A stretch of 64,000 nucleotides of DNA from the human T2T-CHM13v2.0 reference genome, Homo sapiens. Of the stretch, positions 40,601-53,200 are shown one piece after another. The stretch lies in NCBI RefSeq assembly GCF_009914755.1, contig NC_060937.1; one strand, 5' to 3'. Within the stretch, counting starts at the first letter, position 1. Every line of letters starts with the position of its first letter. The translations under genes and the position numbers were made by a program. The notes beneath the pieces were generated by a model. The model had not been told where the DNA came from. It did not search any database and saw only the letters and a program-made list of their open reading frames with translations.

Positions 40601-43600
40601 CCAGACCATTCCATTCCATTGCATTCCATTCCACACCACTCCACTCCACTCCATTCAATTCCATTCCTTCCCAGTGCATTCCACTCCAATCCATTCCACT
40701 CCACTTCACTCCACTCCATTAAATTTCATTCCACCCCATTCCATTCCACTCCACTCCAGTTCACCACATTCCATTCAATTCCATTCGATGCCATTCCATT
40801 CCATTCCAATCCATTCCATTCCATTCCAATCCATTCCACTTCACTCCATTCCACTCCATTCCACTCCACTCCACTCCATTCCATTCCCTTCCATTCCATT
40901 CCATTCCACTCCATTCCATTCCATTCCATTCCACTCAATTCCATTCCACTGCACTCCACTCCATTCCACTCAATTCCATTCCACTGCACTCCACTCCATT
41001 CCACTCCACTCTGCTCGACTCCATTCCATGCCATTCCACCCCCCTCCATTTCACTTCTTTTCACTCCATTCCTTTCCATTCCATTCCATTCCATACCACT
41101 CCACTCCATGCCATTCCACCCCCCTCCATGTCACTTCTTTTCAATCCATTCCTTTACATTCCATTCCATTCCATTCCACTCCACTCCATTCCACTCCACT
41201 CCATTCCACTCCACTCCACTCCACTCCGTTCCATTACGTTCCATTCTAAATCCATTCCATTATATTGCATTCTAAATCCATTCCATTCCCTTCCTTTCTT
41301 TCGACAGGATCTCACTCTTTCTCCCAGGCTAGAGTGCAGTGCGCAATCTCAGCTCACATTTCATTGCACCATTCAGTTCTATTCCATTCCATTGCATTTC
41401 ATTCCACTCCACTCTGTTCAATCCCATTCCTTCCCATTCCATTCCACTCCACTCCACTCCACGCTAATCCACTCCACTCCACTCCATTACATTCTATTTT
41501 AAATCCATTCAATTCCATTCCTTTCTTTGGACAGGATCGCACTACATCACCCGGGCTGCATTGCACTGCAGAATCTCAGCTCACATTTCATTTCACCATT
41601 CCATTCCATTCCATTCCATTGCATTCCATTCCACTCCACTCCCCTGCACTCCGTTCAAATCCATTCCTTCCCATTCCATTTGATTCCATTCCACTCCACT
41701 CCAGTCCATTGAATTCCATTCCACCCCATTCCATTCCACTCCATTCCACTCCACTCCATTCCAGTTCTCCGTATTCCATTCGATTCCATTTGATTCGATT
41801 CCATTCAATTCCATTCGATTCCATTTTTTCCATTCAATTCCGTTCGATTCCATTTGATTCCATTTTCTATTCCATTCGATTCGATTCTATTCCATTCGAT
41901 TCCATTCCACTCCATTCCACTCCACTCCACTCCACTCTATTCAACTCCACTCCATTCCACCCCATTCCATTCCACCGCATTCCATTCCATTCCATTTCAA
42001 TCCATTCCATTCTAAATCCATTCCAATCCATTATTTTCTTTTGACAGGATCTCACTCTCTCACCCAGGCTGGAGGGCAGTGCACAATCTCAGCTCACATT
42101 TCGTTTCACCATTCCATGCCATTCCACTCCATTGCATTCGATTCCATTCCATTCCACTCCATTGCATTCCATTCCATTCCACTCCACTCCACTCCACTCC
42201 ATTCCACTCCACTCCATTCCAGTCCAGTCCACTCCATTCCATTCCACTCCACTCCATTTCATTCGAACCCACTCCACTCCTTTCCACTCCATTCCAGTAA
42301 ACTCCACTCCACTCCACTCCATTCCACTCCATGCCATTCCACTCCATTCCATTCCACTCTACTCAATTCCACTCCACTCCACTCCACTCCATTCCATTCC
42401 ATTCTACACCTTTCCACTCTACTCCACTCAACTCCACTCCATTCCATTACATCGCATTCCATGCCACTCCATTCAACTCCACTCCACTCAACCCCACAGC
42501 ACTCCACTCCACTCCATTGAATTCCATTCCATAACAATCCATACCATTCCATTCCACTCCACTCCAATCCACTCCAAGCCACTCTATTCCACTCCATTCC
42601 ATTACATTCCATTGTAAATCCATTCCATTCCTTTCCGTTCTTATGACAGGATCTCACTCTGTCACTCAAGTTGGAGTACAGTGCACAGTCTCAGCTGACA
42701 TATCATTTCACCATTCCAGTCCATTCCATTCCATTGCATTCCATTCCACACCACTCCACTCCACTCCGTTCAATTCCATTCCTTCCCAGTCCATTCCACT
42801 CCACTCCATTCCATTCCACTTCACTCCACTCCATTAAATTACGTTCCACCCCATTCCATTCCACTCCATTCCACTCCACTCCACTTCACCACATTCCATT
42901 CAATTCCATTCGATGACTTTCAATTCCATTCTATTCGATTCCATTCCATTCCATTTGATTCCATTCCATTTGATTCCAATCCATTCCATTCCATTACACT
43001 CAATTCCACTCTATTCCAATCCACTCTACTCCACTCCATTCCACTCTATTCCAATCCAATCTACTCCACTCCACTCCATTCCATTCCCTTCCATTGTATG
43101 GCATTCCACTCCATTCCATTCCATTCCACTCAATGTCGTTCTATTCCACTCCACTCCATTTAACTCCACTCCGCTCGACTGCATTCCATGCCATTCCACC
43201 CCACTCCATTTCACTTCTCTTCACTCCATTCCATTCCATTCCACTCCATTTCACTCCACTCCATTCCGCTCCACTCCAATCTACTCCGTTTCATTACATT
43301 CCATTCTAAATCCATTCCATTATATTCCATTCTAAATCCATTTCATTCCCTTCATTTCTTTCGACAGGATCTCACACCGTCACCCAGGCTGGAATGCAGT
43401 GCGCAATCTCGGCTCACATTTCATTTCAGCATTCCATTTGATTCCATTCCATTGCATTTCATTCTACTCCACTCCACTCCACTCAGTTCAATTCCATTCC
43501 TTCCCATTCCTTTCCACTCCACTCCATTCTACTCCACTCCACTCCATTCATTTCTATTCCACCCCTTTTCATTCCACTCCATTCAAATCCACTCCACTGC

Positions 43601-46600
43601 ATTTCACCGCATTCCATTTGATTCTGTTCCATTCATTTCCATTCCATTGCCTTCAACTCCATTCAATTCCTTTCGATTCCATTCCATTTGATTCCATTTG
43701 ATTCGATTCGATTCGATTTCATTCCATTCCATTGCCTTCCATTACATTCCATTCCACTTCACTCCCTTCCGTTTCATTCTATTCCATTCCACTACACCCC
43801 ACTATACTCCAATACACTCCACTCCATTCCACTGCACTGCAATCCACTCCGCTAAACTCCACTCCACTCCTCTCCATTGCATTCTATTCTACACCTTTCC
43901 ACTCCACTCCACTCCACTTCACCGCATTCCAATCGATTCCATTCGATGCCATTCGATTCCATTCCATTCCATTTCATTCCATTCCATTCCATTTGATTCG
44001 ATTCGATTCCATTCCATTCCATTGCACTCCACTCCACTCCACTCCATTCCACTCCAATCCATTCAACTCCATTCCACTGCCCTTCAATCCACTCCACTCA
44101 TATCCAATCCACTCCACTCCACTCCCTTCCAATCCATTCTACACCATTCCACTCCACTCCACTCCACTCCATTACATTTCATCTCATTCCATTCCACTCC
44201 ATTCCACTCCACTACACCCCACTCCGGTCCACTGAATTCCATTTGATTCCATAAGAATCCATACAACTCCATTCCACTCCAGTCCACTCCACGCTATTCC
44301 ACTCTACTCCACTCAATTCTATTACCTTCCATTTAAAATCCATTCCATTCCATTCCTTTCTTTTGACAGGATCTCACTAGGTCACCCAGGCTGGATTGCA
44401 GTGCATAATCTCAGCTCACATTTGATTTCTCCATTCCATTCCATTGTATTCCATTCCACTTCACTCCACTCCACTCCACTCCATTCAATTCCATTCCTTC
44501 CCATCCCATTCTACTCCTCGCCATTCCACTCCACTCCACTCCATTGAATTCCATTCCACCCCATTCCATTCCAGTCCATTCCACTCCACTCCACAATATT
44601 TCACCACATTCCATTCCATTCCATTCCATTCCATTCCATTCCAATTTCTTTCGATTCCATTCCATTTCATTCCGTTCCATTCCATTCCACTCCACTTCAC
44701 TCCACTCCATTACACTGCACTCCATTCCACTCCACTCCACTCCATTCCATTCCATTCCACTCCATTCCACTCCAGTCAGGTCCATTCTACTCCATTCCAC
44801 TCCACTGCATTCCACTCCACTCCAATGCACTCCATTCCATTCCACTCCACTCCATACCATTCCACCCCAGTCCATTCCATTCCACTCCAGTCCATTCCAC
44901 TCCACTGCAGTCCATTCCACTCCATTCCATTCCATTCCACTCCACTCCATTCCATTCCACTCCACTTCACTCCACTCCACTTCACTCCACTCTGCTCCAT
45001 TCCACTCCACTCAACTCCATTCCACTCCATTCCATTCCACTGCACTCAACTCCCCTCCAATCCACTCCACTCCACTATACTTCATTACATTCCATTCTAC
45101 ACCTTTCCACTCCACTCCACTCCCTTCCATTCCTTTCCATCTCATTCCATTCCACTCCATTACACTCCACTCCACTTCACCCCACTCCACTCCATTCCAT
45201 TCCATTCTATAAGAATCCATACCACTCCATTCCACTCCACTCCACTCCACACGACTCCACTCCACTCCAGTCCATTCCATTACATTCCATTTTATATCTG
45301 TTCCATTCCATTCGTTTCTTTTGACAGGATCTCACTAGGTCACCCAAGCTGGAGTGCAGTGCACAATCTCAGCTCACAATTCATTTCACCACTCCATTCC
45401 ATTGCATTCCACTCCACTCCACTAAACTCCACTCTGTTCAATTCCATTCCTTCCCATTCCATTCCACTCGACTCCATGCCACTCCACTGCACTCCATTCC
45501 ATTTAATTCCATTCCACCCCATTCCATTCCACTCCATTCCACTCCTCTCCACAACATTTCATCGCATTCCATTCCATTCCATTCCACCACACTACACTCC
45601 ATTGCACTGCACTCCATGCCACTCCACTCCAATCCATTCCATTCCATTCCACTCCAATCCACTCCACTCCAGTCCATTCCACTCCACTCCATTCTACTCC
45701 AGTCCACTCTACTGCACTCCAGTCCATTCCACTCCACCCCATACCATTCCACTCCACTCCATTCCATTCCACACCAGTCCATTCCACTCCACTCCATTGC
45801 TTTCCACTCCACTCCATTCCATTCCACTCCACTCCATTCACTCCACTCCACTCCACTCTGCTCCATTCCACTCCACTCCACTCCACTCCTCTCCATTCCA
45901 CTCCACTGCATTCCACTCCATTCCATAACACTGCACTCAACTCCCCTCCCCTTCACTCCACTATATTCCATTCCTTTCCATTCTACACCTTTCCACTCCA
46001 CTCTACTCCTCTCCATTCCATTCCATCCCAATCCATTCCACTCCATTCCCCTCCACACCACTCCACTCCACCCAACTATACTCCACTCAACTCCATTCCA
46101 TTCCATTCCATAACAGTACATACCACTAAATTCCACTCCACTCTACTCTATGCCACTGCACTCCACTTCATTCCATTCCATCCCATTCCATTCCACTCCA
46201 TTCCACTCCACTCCACCCCACTTCACTCCACTCCACTCCATTCCATTCCATTCCATAAAAATCTATACAACTCAATTCCACTCCACTCCACTCCATTCCA
46301 CGCCACTCCACTCCACTCCACTCAATTACATTACATTCCATTGTAAATCCATTCCATTCCATTCCTTTCTTTTGAAGGAATCTCACTCTGTCACCTAGGC
46401 TGGAGTGCAGTGCACAATCTCAGCTCACATTTCATTTCACCATTCTATTCCATTCCATTCCATTGCATTCCATTCCATTCCTTTCGATTCCATTCCACTC
46501 CACCCCACTCCACTCCATTCCACTACACTCCATTCCACTCCATTCCATTCCATTCCACTCAACTCCACTCCACTCCACTCGACTCAATTCCATTCCATTG

Positions 46601-49600
46601 CATTCCATTCTACACATTTCCTCTCCACTCCACTCCGTTCCATTCCATTCCATTCCATCCCACTGCATTCCAGTCCTCTCCATTCCACCCCCCACCACTC
46701 CACTCCACTCCATTCCATTCCATAACAATCCATACCTCTCCATTCCACTGCACTCCACTCCACGCCACTCCACTCCACTCCATTCTATTCTAAATCCATT
46801 CCTTTCCATTCCTTTCTTTTGACAGGGTCTCACTCTATCACCCAGGCTGCACTGAGGTGCACAATCTCAGTTCATATTTCATTTCCCCATTCCATTCCAT
46901 TCCATTCCATTCCATTCCATTCCATTCCAATGCATTCCATTCCATTCCATTGCATTCCATTCGACTCCACTCCACTCCACTCCAGTCAATTCCATTCCTT
47001 CCCATTCCATTCGGTTTGATTCCATTCCACTCCACTCCACTCCATTGAATTCCATTCCACCCCATTCCATTCCACTCCATTCCACTGCACTCCATTCCTC
47101 TTCACCGCATTCCATTCGATTCCATTGATGCCATTTGATTCCATTTGATTCGATTCCATTCGAATCCATTTTTTCATTCGATTCCATTCGATTCCATTCG
47201 ACTCGATTCCATTCAATTCGATTTGATTCCATTCGATTCCATTCCATTACATTCCACTCCACTCCACTCCATTCCATTCCATTCCATTCCGTTTTTCTAA
47301 ATCCATTCCATTCCATTCCATTCCATTCCATTCCATTCCATTCCATTTTTCTAAATCCATTCCATTCCATTCCATTCCATTCCATTCTTTCTAAATCCAT
47401 TCCATTGCATTCCTTTCTTTTCACAGGATCTCACTCTCTTACCCAGGCTGGAGTGTAGTGCACAATCTCAGCTCACATTTCATTTCACCATTCTATGCCA
47501 TTCCATTCCATTGCATTCTATTCCATTCCATTCCAATCCTTTGCATTCCATTCCATTCCACTCCACTCTACTCCATTCCACTTCACTCCATTCCATTCCA
47601 GTCCACTCCATTCCTCACCACTCCACTCCACAACACTCCACTCCCTTTCATTCCAATCCACTCCACTCCATTCCACTAAACTAAACTGTACTCCACACCA
47701 CTCCACTCCATTCCAATCCACTCCACTCCATTCCACTCAATTCCACTCCATTCCACTCCATTCCATTCCATTCTACACATTTCCACTCCATTCCACTCCA
47801 CTCCTCTCCATTCCATTCCATCCCATTCCATTCCACTTCATTCCACTCCACTACACCCCACAGCACTCCATTCCACCCCATTGAATTCCATTCCATAACA
47901 ATCCATACCATTCCATTCCACTCCACTCCATTCCATTCCACTCCACTCCACTGCACTCCATTCCGTTACATTCCTTTCTATATCCATTCCATTATATTCC
48001 ACTCTAAATCCGTTCCATTATATTCCATTCTAAATCCATTCCATTCCCTTCCTTTCTTTCAACAGGATCTCACTCTGTCACCCAGTATGGAGTGCAGTGT
48101 AGATTCTCAGCTCACATTTCATTTCACCATTCCATTCCATTGTATTCCATTCCACTTCACTCCACTCCACTCCGATCAATTCCATTCCTTCCCATTCCAT
48201 TCCATTCCATGCCACTCCACTCCACTCCATTGAAGTCCATTCCACCCCTTTGCTTTCCACTGCATTCCACTACCCTCCACTCCACTTCATCACATTCCAT
48301 TCGATTTCATTCTACACCATTCGAATCTTTCAATTTCATTCCATTCGATTCCATTAGATTCCATTTTTTCCATTCGATACCATTCGATTCCATTCGACTC
48401 CATTCCATTGCATTCGATTCAATTTGATTCGAGTTGTTTCGATTCAATTAGATTCCATTTGATTCCATTTGTTTCCATTCCATTACATTCCATTACATTC
48501 CACTCCATTCCATTACTTTCTGCTCCATTCCATTCCACTCCACTCAAATCCTTTCCACTCCACTCCATTCCATTCCATTCGACTCCACTCCATTTCACTC
48601 CATTATATTTCATTCCATTCCATTCCACTCCACTCCACTCGATTCCATTCCACTCCATTCCACTCCAATCCACTCCACTCCACTCCATTCCATTACATTC
48701 CATTCTAAATCCATTCCATTCCATTCCATTCTGAATCCATTCCATTCTCTTCCTTTCTTTCTACAGGATCTCACTGTGTAACCCAGGCTGGAGTGCAGTG
48801 CATAATCTCAGCTCACATTTCATTTCACCATTCCATTCGATTCCATTCCATTGCATTCCATTCCACTCCACTCCACTCCACTCCGCTCCACTCTGTTCAA
48901 TTCCATTCCTTCCCATTCCATTCCATTCCAATCCATTCCACTCCTCTCCACTCCATTCAATTCCATTCCACCCCATTCCATTCCACTCCATTCCAAGAAA
49001 CTCCACTCCATTTCACCGCATTCCATTAGATTCCATTCAATGCCACTCGATTCCATTTGATTCAATTCCATTCGATTCCTTTCAATTTCATTTTTTTGCA
49101 TTCGATTCAATTCAATTTCTTTTGATTCAATTCAAATCCTTTCGATTCCATATGATTCGATTTGATTTGAGTCGATTTGATTCAAAACCATTTGATTCCA
49201 TTCTTTTCCATTCTATTCCATTCGATTCCATTTGACTCCATTCCATTCGATTCTGTTCCATTCCATTCCACTCCATTCCATTCCATTCCATTTGATTAAA
49301 TTCCATTCCATTCCATTCCATTCAATTCCATTCCACTCCACTCAATCCTACTCCACTCTAATCATTCCCATTCCTTCCCATTCCATTCCACTCCCCTCAC
49401 TTCCACTCCAGTCTACTCCACTCCGTTCAATTCCATTCCCCTCCATTACATTCCAATCCATTCTGCTCCACTCCTCTCCGTTTCACCACATTACATTTGA
49501 TTCACTTCAATGCCATTCGATTCCATTTGATTCGAATCCATTCGATTCCATTGAATTCCGATCTATTCCATTTGATTTGATTCGATTCATTTGGAGTCGA

Positions 49601-50290
49601 TTCAATTCGAGTCGAGTCGATTTGATTCGATTCCATTCCATTCTACTCCATTCCATTCCATTCCATTCCACTCCATTCTTTTCCACTCCACTCCATTCCA
49701 TTCCACTCCACTACATTCCATTCCTCTCCATTCCACTGCTTTCCACTCCATTACATTCCACCCCATTCCATTCCACTCCACTCCACTCCATTTCACTCCA
49801 CTCCATTCCATTCAACTCCATTCCACTGCTTTCCACTCCATTACACTCCACTACATTCCATTCCATTCCACTTCACTCAATTCCACTCCATTCCATTCCA
49901 CACAATTCCACTTCACTCTACTCCACTCCAATCCACTGCACTCCACTTCATTCCATTCAATTCCATTTTAAATCCAATCCAATAATTTCCATTCTAAGTC
50001 CATTCCATTCCCTTCCTTTCTTTCGACAGGATCTCACTCTGTCACCCAGGCTGGAGTGTAGTGCACAATCTCAAATAACATTTTATTTCACCATTCCATT
50101 GCATTCCATTCTATTGCATTCCATTCCACTCCACTCCACTCCGTTCAATTCCACTCCTTCCCATTCCATTCCACTCCAGTACATTCCACTCCACTCCATT
50201 CAATTCCATTCCACCCCAGACCGTTCCACTGCACTCCACGCCACTCCTTTCCAGTTCACTGTATACCATTTGATTAAATTTGATGTCATT
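34651..50290 (+). repeat. Satellite III (HSat3) array, mixed CATTC/CACTC (GGAAT/GGAGT) type with embedded Alu fragments
   Basis: Continuous 5-bp periodicity with abundant CACTC; landmarks CTACACCTTTCC, CATAA(G/C)AATCCATACC, TAAATCC and TTGAATTCC; C-rich strand on + throughout. Confidence 0.95.
35026..50079 (-). mobile_element. 22 co-amplified copies of a ~55-bp Alu 3'-terminal fragment inside the satellite
   Basis: Consensus GACAGGATCTCACTCTGTCACCCAGGCTGGAGTGCAGTGCACAATCTCAGCTCAC starting at 35026, 35760, 36676, 37273, 37820, 38984, 39461, 40032, 40530, 41303, 41530, 42043, 42645, 43363, 44365, 45323, 46374, 46821, 47422, 48061, 48762, 50025 (manual count). Confidence 0.93.
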
Positions 50291-53200
50291 TGGTTCCATT
50301 CCATTTAACTCTATTCCATTCCACACGATTCCATTTGATTCCAGTCCATTCATTTCCCTTCCCTTGCATTCCATTCCATTCCAATCCATTCCATTCCATT
50401 CTATTCCATTCCATTTCAATCCATTAAATTCCATTCCCTTCCATTCCTTTCCATTACATTCCATTCCTCTCCATTCCATTTCATTCTTTTACATTCCATT
50501 CGGGTTTATTCCATTCCATTCCATTCGAATCCATTCCATTGCACTCGCGTTGATTCAATTCCATTGCTTTCCATTCGAGTCCATTCCATTTCATTCGAGT
50601 CCATTCCATTCCATTCAAGGCCACTTCATTCCATTCCATTCCTTTCCATTCCATTCTTTTCGGGTCCATTCAATTCAAATGCATTCCATTCCATTCCATT
50701 CCATTCCATTCCATTCCATTCCATTCCTTTCCAAAATTCGAGTCCATTCCAATCCATTCCATTACACTCGAGTCATTTCCATTCCATTTGCGTCCATTCA
50801 ATTCCATTCCATTCCTTTCCATTCCATTCATTTCCATTCCATTCCATTTCATTACAGTCCATTCCATTCCATTCCATTCGTGTCCATTCCATTCCATTGC
50901 ATTCCATTCCATTCGATTCCATTCCTTTCCATTCAATTCCAATCGTGTCCATTCTATTCCAATCCACTTCAGTTCATTCCATTCCATTCCATTCCATTCC
51001 ATTTGAGTCCATTCCATTCCATTCGAGTCCATTCCATTCCATTTCATTCGAGTCCCTTCCATTCCATTCCATTCCATTCTATTCCTGTTGAGTGCATTCC
51101 ATTGCATTGCCTTCCATTCGAGTGCATTCCGTTCCATTCGACTCCATTCCATTCCATTCCAATACATTCCATTCCATTCTATTCCATTCCATTTCAATCC
51201 ATCCCATTCCATTCCATTCCATTCCATTCCATTCCTTTCCATTCCATTCCATTCTGTTCCATTCCATTCCATTGCATTCCATTCCTTTCCATTCCATTCC
51301 ATTCTGTTCCATTCCATTCTGGTCAATTCCTTTCCATTCCATTCCATTCCATTCCTCTCCATTCCATTCTGTTCCATTCCATTCGGGTCCATTCCATTCC
51401 GTTCCATTCCATTGCACTCAAGTTGATTCCAATCCATTCCATTCCATTAGAGTCCATTCCATTTCATTTGAGTCCATTCCTCTCCATTCCATTCCATTCG
51501 AGGCCACTTCATTCCATTCCATTCCATTCCATTCTTTTCGGGTCCATTCAATTCAATTGTTTTCTATTCCATTCCATTCCATTCCATTTCATTCCATTCC
51601 ATTCGAGTCCATTTCATTCCATTCCTCTCCATTCCATTCCATTCTGTTCCATTCCACTCGGGTCCATTCCATTCCATTCCATTCGAATCCATTCCATTAC
51701 ATTCCATTCCATTCCACTCGAGTTGATTCCATTCCATTCCATTCGAGTTCATTCAATTTCATTTGAGTCCATTCCATTCCATTCCATTCGAGGCCACTTT
51801 ATTCCATTCCATTCCATTCCATTCCATTCCATTCCATTCCATTCCATAATTTGAGTCCATTCAATTCCATTCCATTACACTCGAGGCTTTTCCATTCCAT
51901 TCAAGTCCATTCAATTCGATTCTATTCCTTTCTATTTCATTCAATTCCATTCCATTCGACTGCATTCCATTTGGTTCCATTCAATTAGAGTCCATTCCAT
52001 TCGTGTCCATTCCATTCCATTCCATTCAATTGCAATCCATTTGTTTCCATTTTGTTCCAGTCCTTTCCATTCGAGTCCATTCCATTCCAGTCCATTCCAT
52101 TTGATTTCATTCCATTCAAATCCATTCCATTGGATTCGATTCCACTCGATTCCAGTCCGTTCCATTTTCTTACATTCCATTCTATTCCATTCCATTGCAT
52201 TCCATTCCATTCCATTTGATTACATTCCATTTGATTCCATTCTACTCAAATCAATTACATTGCAATCCATTACATTTGAGTCCTTTCTATTCCAGTCCAT
52301 TCCATTCCTGTCCATTCCATTCGATTCCATTCCATTCGACTCCATTCCATACTGTTGCATTCCTTTCGATTCCATTCTGTTCGAATAAATTGCATTCGAG
52401 AACATTCCTTTCGAGTCCATTCTATTTGAGTCCATTACATTCAAGTCCATTACATTTGAGTCCATTCCATTCCATTCCATTCGATGCCATGCCATTCGAT
52501 TCTCTTCCATTCAAATACAATCGATTAGAGTCCATTCCATTCCATTCCACTCCATTCATTGCCAATCCATTCAATTCTATTGAATTCGAATCCATTCCAT
52601 TCCATTGTGTTCCATCCGATTCCATTCCATTCTTCCTTTCCATTCCATTCCATTTCATTCGTTTCCATTCAATTTGTCTGCATTCCACTCCAGTCCATAC
52701 CGTTCGAGTCTATTCCATTCCAGTCCATTCCATTCGAGTCCATTCCACTCGATATCATTCCATTATGCTACATTCCATTCTCTTCTTTTCGATTCCATTC
52801 AATTCCATTCCATTCGATTCCATTCAATTCCATTGCTTTCGACTCCATTCCATTCGAGTGCATTCCATTCCATTCCATTACATTCTGTTCTTTTCGATTC
52901 CAATCCGTTCCATTCCATTTTGTTCCTGTCCATTCCCTTCGAGTCCATTCCATTTCAGTCCATTCCACTCGATTCCACTCCATTCCATTCTATTACATTG
53001 CATTCTATTCCATTCCATTGCATTCCATTCCATTCCATTTGATTACATTCCATTTGATTCCATTACATTTAATTCAATTACATTGCAATCCATTTCATTC
53101 CAGTCCATTCCATTCCTGTCCATTCCATTCAATTCCATTACATACTATTGCATTCCATTTGATTAAATTCTATTCAAATAAATTCCATTCGAGACCATTC

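Noticed and set aside
35026-50079. CRISPR-like appearance of a conserved ~55-bp repeat with variable spacers
   Set aside because: The repeat is an Alu fragment, the spacers are 0.2-1.2 kb of satellite, there are no cas genes, and the DNA is primate.
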